Made by a program: the position numbers and the translations under genes. From Chrysomallon squamiferum (Eukaryota > Animalia > Mollusca): 64,000 nucleotides of DNA. Of this stretch, positions 13,701 through 32,970 are shown one piece after another. Where the stretch lies: contig CM022672.1 of assembly GCA_012295275.1 (NCBI GenBank), positions 26,164,001 through 26,228,000 on the forward strand, given 5' to 3'. The notes under the pieces were generated by a model. That model did no database searches. It was not told the DNA's origin and saw only the letters and a program-made list of their open reading frames with translations. The first letter of the stretch is position 1. Each line of letters starts with the position of its first letter.

Positions 13701-14560
13701 AACAGGCATCTCATTATATATAATTAATATCAGCATCTTATATATTTGATATAATAAAATTAATATTAGATTAAAAAAAAAAAAAAATGTCTTTGTTAAT
13801 AATAACTTAATACTTTTAACATGAATCATTAAGTTATAAATCAATTAATCGGTTCCTTTTCATGAAAAGAATTATAATCAAAAGACGTCCCGCTGCCCGA
13901 AAGTAGCCTGAAATACGGTCTTCCCTGATATGATAACAAACCCGTAGGATGAACCACTCACTCGGTATTTTGTGAACAGTCATGATAACAATGGAACTGT
14001 AGTGAGAAACATGTGAACACTGATGTTTGTTATCACTAACACAATGATTTCGCCATCTCAGTCACGTTATGTGCGATTTGAACAACAGATCTGTGAAATT
14101 GCATACTTGAAAGTGTCAGCTGCTATGATGAAACATACAGAATAATTTTACATGTGTTTCCATTCTACTGTATCGAGTGTTCTCACCTGGCTACACTACT
14201 ATTCATTATTGCTGCTCAGACTGTCAGGGCTTGTGAAGATGCAAAAGGATAAACATTTAATTTAAACGATCCACAGAAATCGCTTGTTAATAAACAGTGG
14301 TTGAAGTTTTTATTTTATTTTCATTAAACACTTGGTGAATATGTTTTGTGCTTCTAAGAGTTCGTTTGTTGTTTCGTCTTTTAAGATAAAAACTTGAAAC
14401 TATATCCATTGTGAGTTAGCAGTCTGTTTCTTGTTTTCAATAGAAGATCAAAAATTAGTTCAGGGAATCATGACAAATAAGCTTATATTTAAATACACTT
14501 ATTTAAAGGATCTTTATGAAATATCCTTCAATAATATTCAGTTAATCTTCTATTAAACAA

Positions 14561-14591
<31 letters not shown>

Positions 14592-14734
14592 AAAATAAAT
14601 AAATAAAAAATAAATAAAAACTCATATACTCATAACGTTTGTATACAAAAATAATTAAATAAGTATATAAATTTAATATTGTTTTAACATTTAATAATAA
14701 TAATAATAATAATAATAATTTTATTGTAATTCAC

Positions 14735-14794
<60 letters not shown>

Positions 14795-15675
14795 CTAGTA
14801 ATAGAACATTAAAGAGTTTTATAAACGTTTGTGTGTTTAATGTTTGTGTGTGTAAAACACTGAACTCAGAGTTGGAAATATGTATCATTTATTACATAAT
14901 ACAGCAATATTAACAAGACAAAATATAATATTAAAATATATAAATATTGACTAATGATATTAATTTTAACATTTCTTTCAAAAATTTGTACTCATTCCTT
15001 GGATAAGAATAATCTAAAAGGACTTCATATTTTGTTTAAATGTATATGAAATATACTTATGAGCCACAATCGTACAGGCTATAAATTATATTATATATCT
15101 ACAGTAAATATAATGTTATGTCTTTAAAAAGAAGACAGCTGTTACATTCACCAACTGACAGCGTCTGAAATTCTAACACATGTTTAATACAAATACAAAC
15201 TACTGATCTGCAGATCTATAATATTCATCAAAACAAGTAAATCTAAATATAAATTGTGTTTTCAAAGTCTTTAAATGTTTGTTTTATTGATTTATTTCGG
15301 ACTGTTACAATCGTTGACTATAATAATACAAATTAAAAATTAAAACTGAATTGTGTAAAACATATTCAAAGGATATAAATCCCGAAATTTCAATAATTTA
15401 ATTATTGTGACAACCAGCACTAACACTGTCCTCCGATTTTCTAACTGTTCAGCTGCAATCATGTGACTTCAGTTAATTGGTCAGTGACCAACATGTGACT
15501 TTTATTGCGACGTATATTAACTGTTCAGCTGTAAACTTTTAACTTATTCATCGGTACACTACAACCATGTGATTTCAGATAATTCATCAGTGACAATCAA
15601 GTGAGTTATTAATTATTCAGCCGCAAAAAATGTCTCGACTTCTGCTCATTGGTCAGGTACAAACACGTGACTGTG

Positions 15676-20867
<5,192 letters not shown>

Positions 20868-21094
20868 TGTCGATGAAATGGAACTTTCAGTATATACTTA
20901 GAAATATAGAAACTCCTGAGGTAAAAATATATCTTTCTGATTAACTAAATTTCGAAATATCGTTATCTGTTTATTCCAACATAACGAATTATTTTAATTT
21001 TAAGACTACAGTCTGCGATTCGAAACAAACATTACTCGTCTATAATTTAAGATTATTTTGAAGAAGTGCTTTCGACAGCCGCTAACAAACACTT

Positions 21095-21260
21095 TAAACT
21101 CTTATATCTTTTTTCTGCGTATATAAAAATTAGTTGCTCGTCTTACAACTCTAGCTCCGCCTACTTCATAAAGTGACCAACGAAACGTCGATTTGATATC
21201 AACGCAGAAAGAAAGCTGAATTGCGATTGGTTATTTAGATTGAACAGCGTCCGCCTCGAG
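21095..21260 (-). promoter_or_regulatory. Putative Not proximal promoter
   Basis: CCAAT on minus (GATTGGTT at ~21225-21232), GC-box-like CTCCGCCT (~21155) and TATA-like elements at ~21100-21128, 230-380 bp upstream of the ATG. Confidence 0.4.
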
Positions 21261-21702
21261 AAGAAATTAAAGTGAGATTAAGACAGTCAGCGATACAAAG
21301 AAATGGTGAGAAAAAAGAATTAAATCGATTCGTGGTCTCGCATCACTGTTAGCAGATAATCACTCTTATCTATCTAACAGGATAATCCTGACTAATTTTC
21401 TCAATAATTGCGTTAGTTTATCAAAAATAAGAACAAATAATAAATTTCAAGTGTTCAGACACATTTAATTCTAGTTTTTAAAAGAGTATGTTGTGCAATG
21501 TAGAAATTAAGTTTATTAAAAGTAGAAGTAAATAATAAATTTCGAATGTTTAGAAATAATATTTAAGCCTTTTATTAAAGATTACCTTATACAGCTAGAG
21601 AAACAGCTTAATTTAATTTAATAAAAAAATAAAATAATGGAATATTCAAAAATATCTTGAAGGTATATATTATTATTTTTGTTGTTGTTGTTGTTGTTGT
21701 TG

Positions 21703-21741
<39 letters not shown>

Positions 21742-24287
21742 GATGTTGTGTAGCAACTATGTTTATTAAAAACAAGCAATGAATTCAGATGTTTAGAAAT
21801 AACATCTGATTCTGATTTTTGAAAAACTACAGAATTTTGCATACGTGCAGTGATTTTAATTTATTAGAAAATAATAAATATTACTTCAAATGTTTATAAT
21901 TAATGTTTTAAAACGGTAGGTAATTCAGTACAGCAATTTAATTTATTAAGCCAATATTTGAGGCGTTTCAAAAGTTTATGTTTTGTTTTTATGTTTATAT
22001 CGTATCTAGTGCTGTAAATATTATCAAAAACGGTATTCTTTGTAATATAACAAAGGCAAATTATGGTTTCATGGATTGAATACAGTTTTATACAAAAATG
22101 TAATTAATTTACCCACACATCTTAGACTAAAAAAACTTTCGTATTTATGAAATTTATTTAAATAAACTGATTTTTTACAAAGAGATAACAATCGATAATT
22201 TTCTTTTTATTAAAGTTATTAAAATTAAAACGTTCAGCGTTGTAAAAATAAAAAAAAATAAAAAAAGAATGAATAATAAATAAATAAATAAATGAAGAAA
22301 TAAATAAATATTAAATAAATCATTTAAGATGGAAATAATGAATTTATTTATTTGTTTGTTTTGTTTTATTATCGTTTTTTATTTTATTATTGTAATAATT
22401 ATATGCAATTCTAAATCTTTAAATAATTTTGCTTTCTGTCATTATTTTACTCAATGCAAATTTTATATTAAATATACATATCTGAGGCTCTCCTTGTTTA
22501 TACTCTTTTCTGTTACTGAAGATGTAAAGTTTAAACAAAACATTAATGAGAGTATTTACAGTTATAAACAAATAGGATTTTTCTGTTTCCTTGTTTTATA
22601 TCGTATTAAATACAAACGCAAATTTCAAAATTACATTAACATACATAATTATACGACAGTGGTATAATGTATAAAATAATACACAATACAATGCAATACA
22701 TTACAGTATGTTGCTATATAATATAAAGTAAATGTTTGAGGATATTGTCGATTTTTTAAAAAAAATCAAGTTTTTTTCACTATTATTATTATTATTATTA
22801 TTATCATTATTATTATTATTATTAGGTTTGTGGATTAAACCAAGACTTTTGTATTATGATTTCACATATCATTCTTATAAAAGAGGTCAATCCATTATTA
22901 CCGTCAGCAAAACCCACATTTCTGTTATCTGCTAACTGTATCCAGTACTATTTGAATATTGTTAAAAACTAATATAACATAATATATTTTAAAAATGGAT
23001 ACCATATACATAAAATTAAACGAGACAAAACAGAAAACAAGATATGGATTTAAATATAAAAGTTTATTTGATTTAATTTATTTATATTGATAATACACTA
23101 AATAAAATGTGGATGAGAAATATTTTAATTCGTACATTTTCAGTAATATATATATCCCTAATTAAAACATTAGACACATAAATATTTAAATAAATATACT
23201 AGTAGCAGACAATGAGAGCACGTCTTTCGTGTTATCAGACAGGAACACAATAATTTACACCCAGCCCAAACACAAGCCGCCGTCGCCATCTTCTTGTCAG
23301 TTTGTGAAAATAATGTCTCACGAAACAATTGAAAGTCAGGCGAAACAATGACATATTAACTGCATAACCTAGGCAGATTTGTTGCACCGTTTAAGTAACA
23401 GCACTTTCGGCTGTTGCCGTCAATTTCCGCAATGAAATTAAACTAATCCTTTTATTTTGAGCTACTTAAAAATTTGTAATAGCTCGTACTTTGTGTAATT
23501 ACGGCTCAAAGGGATGAGCACATTTTTTTTTTTTTTTTTTTTTTATCTTAATTTTTCTGTGATAGACCTCAGTGTAGTGAAGGCCTTGAGGCTTGGAGTG
23601 TTGATAGATTGACAAACTAACATGGGTTGGAGTTTATCAAACAAAACTGGAACCTCCCAGACCCTCTCAGCAAGGACTGTCAAGCGAGAGGACACAGTTT
23701 TTGTTAGGTCCTGTAACAACAGCCTAACAACAGCGTCAAAACAAGATTGTAAGATTGCTGGCCAATAAACCCCAACACGAGGGCCGCGAGACCACGCTCG
23801 ACAAAAGCCGCGTTAATTGAATTAACTGGTAAGTCCCGCTGCAGCGTAACACGGGGTGGGCATCTCATCTTTTAATTATCATCCATAATACGCGGATTCG
23901 CCTCGTTTCTGGAGGCAAGGCAAAAATTTATTCGATTGTCCGGGTTTACGAATGCAGAAACTGGACGACAATGAAAAGTTACGGTCACTGGGCAGGGTGG
24001 CTGGGGAATGAACAACTTCTATTCTGTATAGCTCTTATGTGAACATCTTTACCCCCTAAACTGTATGAAACGTTTTGTGACAGGAGAGAGGACACCCACA
24101 GAGTAGGGTCGCACGTGCAGATAATCTAATGAAGTGGAGAATGGCAGCTTTTTCAGCTAGCGAGTAAATCACGGCGATGACAAAATGCTAGGTATCCTCT
24201 CTAGTCAACATTTTAAAACAGCGTCTGTTAAAAATAATCTGATTACAAACATCAACCCTGTTGATATTCACTAGAAAAATTATGCAC

Positions 24288-24357
24288 AAGGATACTCTAT
24301 TCACAAATAAATAAGGATACTCTATTCACAAATAAATAAGGATACTCTATTCACAAA
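24288..24357. repeat. 25-bp tandem repeat, ~2.8 copies
   Basis: AAGGATACTCTATTCACAAATAAAT repeated head-to-tail. Confidence 0.92.
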
Positions 24358-25510
24358 ATCATCTTAATTTATGAGATTGAAAAAACTGTTTGCTGGTTAT
24401 AAACATGTTAGTAGTTAGAACTGAATTCCATAACACCTCTGAAGAACTATTTTCCTGATAGTATCAATTTTTACGTGTTATCAACGTTAGAAGATGCTCA
24501 AAAATCAAGATGACAGATGATTCACACCTGAAATGTGAAACAACCAAATAAGAAACAAAACAACGACAACAACAACAAAACAAAAAACCAACAACAACCC
24601 AACAATTATCATTTTCACCCTGCTTTAATATAAGCATTAGAACTTGTTTCTATGTATGTATGTCTTCGTATGGTTATTTGTATGTATGTGTATATATATG
24701 GAAGTATGGAAGTATGTATTTGTATATAAATCTATGTATGTATGCATGTATGTATACGTGTATGTATACGTGTATTCAAATTATGGCTATTCTTAAATGA
24801 ATATAATAATTCTAACAGAAAAGATTATACATTTTTATGTATGTGTGTGTGTGCGCGCGCGCGCGCTATTTAATACGTTGGCTGATTTATCATGTTTGTA
24901 TGTATGGATGAACAACATTTTCTATACATCAGCTTTACAACAAAACTCACCAGATATAAATATATTTCATACTGATACATAAGGTGTAATAGGCTTTACA
25001 TTTCTATCAGTATGAAACAGTTTTATGAAAATGAATTCACATAGATATTTCACCTACGGGATAGAATTATTACATTACGTTTGATGGTACGTATATTTGT
25101 CACACTGACAAATGGAGTGTCAAGTGGGGCAGTTTCGTCATTCTGTGTATGTTACATGCTGTCTTGCAGTGTCCAAATGTCACTAGTAATTGCAATTAAC
25201 AATATGGGTGTCGCGTTGATTCGCCGGCGGGAACATTCATTTAGTTTTGGGACAGTCTGCGTTGAAAAGTTTTTAATGTTGTGAGTCTGTGTGTTTTAAC
25301 TCAGTAAAATTTGAGAAAAATTAATAATTTATCTGTACAGAAATTAGTCATAGAAAATAATAATAATAATAATTATAATAAATAAATAAATGAATAAATA
25401 AATAAGAAAATAAATATTAGTAATAATAAGAAAATAATTTTCGGTACTGTAGATTTTATAGTTAAGCTTAAAAGTTAAAATTCTATATTAATTCATCAAT
25501 ATTCTTCAGA

Positions 25511-25543
<33 letters not shown>

Positions 25544-25712
25544 TATTTTATTTATTTATTTATTTATTTATTTAAAAATAACAAAGTAAAGATGATTTAT
25601 TAAAAAGTAAGAAAAGATATTTTAAAATAATAAATTAGCATTTCTAATTAAAATATATGTATTAGTTTATTCATAAAATGAATTGAACAAACTGTATTTT
25701 ATTATGTTTTTA

Positions 25713-25751
<39 letters not shown>

Positions 25752-27329
25752 GTTATTATTATGTAAATAAATAGTACATAAATAAATAAATAATAATGAG
25801 TAAATAAGAGAAAATATGAAATAATTATTAAATTCTGAATTCTGTCTTATTAAATTATTATTATTATTATTTATCTTAATTAAAACAGTATGCTATATAA
25901 TAGCATTCGTTAAAACAATTTATTTCAAAAACAATCGCAAAATAATAATAATAATAATAATAATAATAATTATTATTATTATTATTATTATTATTATTGT
26001 AAATAAATAAATAAATAAATAAATACATAAATAAATAAATGCTACAGGACGCTGAGAAATAATATAAGTATAATCTCGTCTTGTTCACGCGAGATTAAAA
26101 TTATACCGACGAACATCCCATCGAGCAAATACAGAGAGAAAAAGTTGTAATTCATTATTTAATGGAGTGAAAGCCAGAGAAGAAAACTAATTCCAGAAAA
26201 ATATGAGTTTTCTAGAAAACTCGAGCCCACGTGCTTGCTCTTGGATGCTCTAATGCTTATCAATTTACGTTTCCTAGGCAACACATGAACATCTCTAAGA
26301 CTTATGCGACAAGCTGGCAAATAAAATGATTAAAATTATCCCAGTTCATTGCTAACCGATGTCAATTTCCACAATTTCCGTGTCAATTTCTTGGTATTAA
26401 GCTCTTAAAAGTCATTGCTTGAGTCAAACGAGGTCTATTTCGGATGCTCGATTGCTAACAAGAAAATTAATGATATCCAATTAGAGCCCTCATCGGTGAA
26501 AATTGACTATACACGATGAAATCAACATTCTTAGTGATAGTAATTAATCTTTTATGTGTCTTCAGTGCGATCATATCCTGCCGCTGAATAGACCGCTCCT
26601 ATGCCTGGTTTGTTTCAAGTGTATAGGGGAAATAATGAATATTTCTCAGTCTTCCGACTCATTCCTTGAATTGTAACGATGTGTCACACGTCAAATCGGT
26701 GCCTCCAACAGGCCAACGCTGCTGCAATAAATATTCATTGCACATGCGCGAACAAAGAACTGGTGGCGACAAGGCATGCCCATTGCAAACAGGAATGTGG
26801 GTTTTCGTTTTTAATGAAAGTGCCACCATGCAATTAAGTTGTTGCGGTGTACAGATCAATGCATCACGCATGCGTCGCGTGCATTTTTCAGAAAGAAATC
26901 ATATCTAATTAGTTCTTTTTATATATTTTTTTTTTTAATGAAACGTTCAAAAGATTAAATAAACTGTCTTAAGTTCAAAGAGTTTTTAGAGAAAGTGACA
27001 AATTGTGTGTTGGGAAAATCACAAGACGAACAATAACGGCTAAGTCAAAGAGCATAACTGTAATTGATACGATGATCATAGTAATGATGATATTAACACT
27101 TTTTGAAACTCACCACCATGACAACGAAAAATTATAGTAATATGATTATCATTTCAGAATTAGTTATAGTGAAGATAAAAACTAGTATTGTGTGTGTGTG
27201 TGTGTGTGTGTGTCTGTGTGTCTGTGTGTGTGTATGATTGTATGTATGTCTGTCTATCTAGCTCTGTTTGTATATTTGTATTAGAGAATTTTTTTTTTAC
27301 ATACAACTGTTTACGTACATAATTATATA

Positions 27330-27405
27330 CAGTGGCGTGCAAAGGAGGGGGCCGAAGGGGCGGTGGCTCTGGGCATACAAATGGGGAGGGGCATCCATTT
27401 GGGGA
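27330..27405 (+). mobile_element. Possible hAT-like MITE terminal fragment
   Basis: Abrupt G-rich patch beginning CAGTGGCGTGCAAAGGAGGGGGCCGAAGGGGCGG, typical of non-autonomous hAT ends. No convincing partner TIR found. Confidence 0.35.
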
Positions 27406-29759
27406 AAATAACTTAATAAATTTGGTTGATTTATATTTAAATCGAAAAAAAGTGTTTATTTTATGTTTCATCTGTGTTTACATATTTAAAATATCTTCCT
27501 TTCTCATAATATTTCTCAATACAAGGCCTTATACTTGAGTATCTGGGGCACACAATCAGAGTGTTAGACAGGTTTGATCTTTAACTAAATAAGAACTTTA
27601 CTTTCATTTAAAGTTGTACGCACGTAGATCAGAATCGACATACAAAACACAGACACGAGCGCATAGAAAAACACACACAAACACACACATACACACACCA
27701 TATCACTTAAGTGTATAAAAAAAAAAAAAAAAAAAAAAAATTCTTTAAGCAACAGTTTTGCAACTTCTTTTTCAATTAATTCTTTTAATTAACAAGAACA
27801 AGAAAACCTTCTCTTCTTTTCTTTTTTTCTCTCATTTAAGAGTATTTTAAATTTTGAGGCGTGTCTGGTTTAACAGGTGTGTTGCATTGTAATTTAGTCC
27901 AAAGTTAATTTTCTAACTTGAGCCTCTAAAACAAGATGTAAATTAAAACTGCGTTAGTGTCAGGTGCCACGTTGACCAGACTCTTGACGACTCTTTCATA
28001 GGTCCATCAGGCTACCTAATGAACCTCGAACCCCTAACCTGAATAGACACGAAATATTCCCGTTTTACGAGCTTCTTGCTCCTCCTACTTCGTAAACCCC
28101 TTTAAAAATCAGGTGCCAATTTCTTCACTCGGGATTGTCAAAAACTGAGTCATTGCATAAGGATAAGTACAGAAAGCTTTCAAATGTAGTTTTGCATCAT
28201 CATGGTGAAACCCGGCTTCCGTTAGGCAATTGAAAAAGGCAATGGGATTAATTATTTTGACAAAGGAGTTAGCAAAACGTCTCTGTTCGTGTGTGTGCGC
28301 CAAGGAGATCAGCTGTAACGGATCTTTTGCATGAAAAATACCTTTGCGTACTAATCTCAATAGACAGATCTTTCGCAGGGACATGCTGACTCAAAGATAA
28401 TGCATTTGGAATGACAAGCTAACAAAAATCTTAAATACTCAAATAAAGAGTAGAAGTGACACAAATTGAGAAAATATTGTTCAACACAGTTCACGTCTAC
28501 CGTGAACTGAACAGCTGTGTGCTGTTTCCGTAATATAACAAAGCAAAGATGTTCGAGTTACAAATTGTTTTTATGTGATGTCACACGACAAACAAAGTAG
28601 TGAGAATATATTTCAGTATTTACCTAAGTGTTAAAGTGAACCTTTGATTGAAATGAACTTTGTCACGGTAATTTATTAAATTTTTTCGAAACTCCTGAAT
28701 AAAAAATTTATTTTATTTATTATAATTACGACACACATACGTACATACAAGCACATCATTTTCTTATCCTTAAAATTATAAAAGTTTTCTCTCTAAAAGG
28801 AGTAGCGAAGTTACGACAGCGGGTTTCCTTTCTTTTATTTCATCACCGTGGAATTCCTTTTTTTACTTTAAAATTTAATAAATATTTAGATAAACATATA
28901 CAATCACTGATTAATGTATTCATATACTGCCATACTTGTACTATGTTTAAACATTTTAAAACTTAGAAGATATACCTATTTTAAATTTTAAGTTCATTTT
29001 TAAGCAAAATCTCAAATCTAAAAATAAAATTGTACTGGAGTTTTGTTTAGAAAAAAACTTCGCATAAAAATTTCCTAATCTATTTTATCTTTGTAGACAA
29101 TATTGAAATATATAACCAAAAAAATCTCCCCAAAAATTCAAGAGACAAATTAATCATATAAGTGGGTTTTTTAAAAGGATTTGGAAGGTAAGTGTGTGAA
29201 AGACATAATGTAAATTTAATTTGGTGCAAACTTAATCTGTCTGTCATATTTATGTCTGCTCATTTTACTCAGTCGACAAATGTGTTTTTAATTCCCGTTT
29301 CATCACCGAGCGCATTAAAACAAATAACAAACAAACAAAAAAGTCATTCACAGTTAACCAACAAACACGTTATCAGACTGCAGGATTCCATTCTTAAGTC
29401 TTTAAACAGTCTGAATTACAACTAATAACATGTACATCATTCTGTTTTAATAATCGGTTCTATTCAGCACTGGCTGTTGGGACATTTTATCGTCACGTCT
29501 GCTTTATTATGTCCGGACTCGCCCGAACGCCTTCGGTAACTAGAGGCAAGCGCGCGCTTTGTCAGACGACATATTTACCTTTTAGCAGACAAGATGTCTA
29601 CAGTCACAGGTTTTGTTTTTGTGTACTAGTTCAATATTGATATCAGTGCTGGGATGCTTTTATGTCACATCAGTAAAAACAAAACGTCCAAATGAGTTAC
29701 GTAACATTGGCGCGGATTGTTAACAAGTATAGCAGAATACCTAATAAAATAATACAGTA

Positions 29760-29782
29760 AATAATAATAATAATAATAATAA

Positions 29783-29813
<31 letters not shown>

Positions 29814-29822
29814 AAGAAGAAA
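29760..29822. repeat. (AAT)n-(AAG)n compound microsatellite
   Basis: Directly visible. Confidence 0.93.
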
Positions 29823-30405
29823 AGCATAATGATGATAAACGGAATGAACCTACTACGGGTTATCTATCAGATAAAGTGAATTCATGTTGACATTTGTATT
29901 AATCTTATTATTAATAGATTTTTTTAATTCCCCCCCCCCCGGATTCGTAGGATGTTTGCTTTTCTTTTCTTTTCTTTTAATCTTTTTGCGTTCAGCTATA
30001 AAAAACATGAAAATAATTATAATTTCTAATCAGAAGTGAGGTAAAATGTTCACAGTAATATCATTACTAATATACAATGGTATAATTTAAAAAAAAAAAA
30101 AAAAAAAAAAAGAAGTTTTTGTTGTTTTAATATTTTACTACTAATCTTTTGTCATTAAATACTGTGACTAATTAATATGATTTATAAATCGATTATATTG
30201 TTTTCTGGTCATTTCGTGGACTAAAGTCAGAAGCTGTATAAAACGTTAAAAAATCTTCAATTTGGCTTAAAATTATTTCAAATTTGTTCTTAGAATGAAA
30301 TGTGGCTGTTGAATTTTATGTTAATGTAGATCGCAAAGGCGTGTGCTATTTCACTTCAATATTCAGCTATTATTTTAAATAAATAAATAAAATAGAACAA
30401 AAATA

Positions 30406-31299
30406 CAGTATTCCCTCGCTATTCGCGGGGGTTACGTTCTTTACCCCCCCCCGCGAATAGCGAAAAACCGCGAATATTGGATGCAGTTTTAAAACGTCTA
30501 TTATGAGATTATATACGGTACTAAATGCTTCCCAAACACTTTCTAAAGACACTCTTACTCATTAATACAGTAATAATGTAGTAATATTGCATGCAGTTAT
30601 GTACTTCACTAATGTAGTAATGATAATGTAAACACATTTTAATTTTGTACTGAAACAATATTTTAATCAGAAAGAAACGTAAGTACAGGAGGACAGTAAC
30701 ACCGCATAGCATAGTTACCCATACTGTATTACTGTACCGTAAAGTCATTTTCTATGCGTACAACATATGTATTAGAATTGACAGAAAGTGGAACAAATTT
30801 AAAGGCAAACAGACAGATAAATACAGTACGCACAGTTCAGGTAATAATAATACAATTCAGTAATAATATGCAATTAAAAACATTATTAATACACGGTCAC
30901 AAAAAATATGCACTGTACATACAGTGTATGCATTTATACAAAAATACGTACTGTATTGCAATAATAATTGAAAAAATTTGATATTGTTTGTGCTGTCACC
31001 AATAATGAATGATAATAAAATGATGATGAAATTTGCAGTGCCATACGATGATGATGATAACACTAATGTACAGTATGGCACAGCTTAGCTGCTGCTTTAC
31101 AGCACTTTAGGTAATTATTCCTACTCTTCAGGCACTTAAGTCTCTATGACCTACAAAAACCCGGTTTACCGAACATTTGTTTTTATGACGTTATGACGCT
31201 AGCCTGGTATACCAGAATACGATGCGATAGGGTTAAGAGCCTAACCCGCGAATATGCGGGGCCGCGAATGGGGAACCGCGAACAGGTGAGGGTATACTG
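30406..31299. mobile_element. Non-autonomous Tigger/pogo-like (Tc1/mariner superfamily) element, ~894 bp
   Basis: Left end TA|CAGTATTCCCTCGCTATTCGCGG; right end reverse complement CAGTATACCCTCACCTGTTCGCGG, followed by TA (TA target duplication). Subterminal CCGCGAA repeats at both ends. No transposase ORF. Confidence 0.85.
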
Positions 31300-32970
31300 T
31301 ATATAAACGATAACTGTAATAATGCGCAGAGGTGAGCATATGCTGATGACAGTAGTTAATTTTACACACTAGGCTAACAGATGAATCATTTTCCTTCAGT
31401 CTAGAATTAAATACACTTTAGAACTCAGAGCTAAGTAAAATGTTTTTAAGTTTATTTCTGCGTCATTGTTTATTTGGGTAACGGAATGTATTTAGCGATA
31501 CCATTGCCATTTAGGCCTGTACACAAAAGCTAGTGAAAATATTTGTATTTCCAATATGCAAACAAAAGTCCAGGGACAATAGTTTTTGATCAAGACGATG
31601 TAATTATTAAGGTGATTGTCAAAGCTTTCAGCAGTCATTTGCAAGTTGTTTTTTATGTCCAAATGTGAGGTTTTATTTTTGACTGAATTTCAGTGCTGGT
31701 CTATACCCGATTTGTAATTGAAATCTTGTATCCTTTTTCCAATAAGGATATATGTCAACCACGTCGAATCTCTAAATCTGCCCGACTAAAAAGTTGATTA
31801 GGCGGCGATTCTTGTAAAGTTTACGACCAACACTTCTTGGTATACACGTAAGGCTATTTTCCGTTACAGACGTTATCTTGAATGATTTACCAAACGAGGT
31901 GTTATCAATGGGAGGATTCATATTGATAAGAGCGGTTCCTCATGGATTGGAATTAAAAGGTTTCTCCTCACATTACTGTATATACCTGAAACAGTTGACT
32001 GACATGTAAAACTGTTTAAATATTTTCTGAAGTTATCACTGAACATTATTTTCTTTAATATTACTCAAAAGTACAAAACGTCTGTTAAACGATAGCGATG
32101 AGCTAAAATGCTAGTCATGACATGGAACATACTGTTTCTGGTTTTGTTTCACTTGTTAAGCATATCTATCTATCTATTATTCTATGAGCTAGAAATATTT
32201 TATTTTATTAAAAATATTATATATTGTATTAAATTAACATAATAATTATTAAAATAATATCATTTTTAAAAATTTCAGTTTAATGAACTTCATCAATAGT
32301 GATGTCCCTTAGTACTATTAAATACATGTTACCATATCAACAAAAGTTTAGAATTTTTTTTTATAAAGTATTATTTAATAAGTATTCAAATTATGGCTAT
32401 TTTTAATCAAATGAATATCATAATAATTCTAACACACAGAAAAGATTCTACATTTTAGCACAGAAATCACATACTAACTGAAACAGGAAGTAGCATAATG
32501 GAATAATTTAGATTTCATCCATTTTATACCTGATTCAAATACTTATAGTTATTAATAATGATGAAATGAAACATAAAATAGCTGAATCAATCAATAAAAC
32601 ACAAGACATTTTAAAATGTTATGTTTAATAACATAGGATCAAAAATGCATATAGCAATACATTTTCAATTTTTTTTTACATATACAGAGCACTAATACCA
32701 TAAAGCATTTGATACTTAAAAAGTATAACTGTTTTTGTTTTATATATAAAATATTTTTCATTTCTTTGTAAAATGTGTAAAACCTGAGTATAATAATATA
32801 CTTCATCATATTTAAAAAACAACAAAGAAAACAAATTACTATCTTCATTACCCGATTGTCTTGGAAACCAGAATTTTATTCTGGTTCTCTGTACGCATTA
32901 TGTCTTTTTGTCTTTTCCTCACAGATGTCTCAGAGAGAGCAAGTCAGTACTTCTACTCTTTTTTTCAGTA

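Noticed and set aside
24288-24357. CRISPR-like 25-bp repeats
   Set aside because: Head-to-tail with no spacers, eukaryotic context, no cas genes.
26659-26908. Cys-rich 70-80 aa ORFs in the Not upstream region
   Set aside because: Overlapping on both strands, no splice or homology support; more plausibly regulatory DNA.
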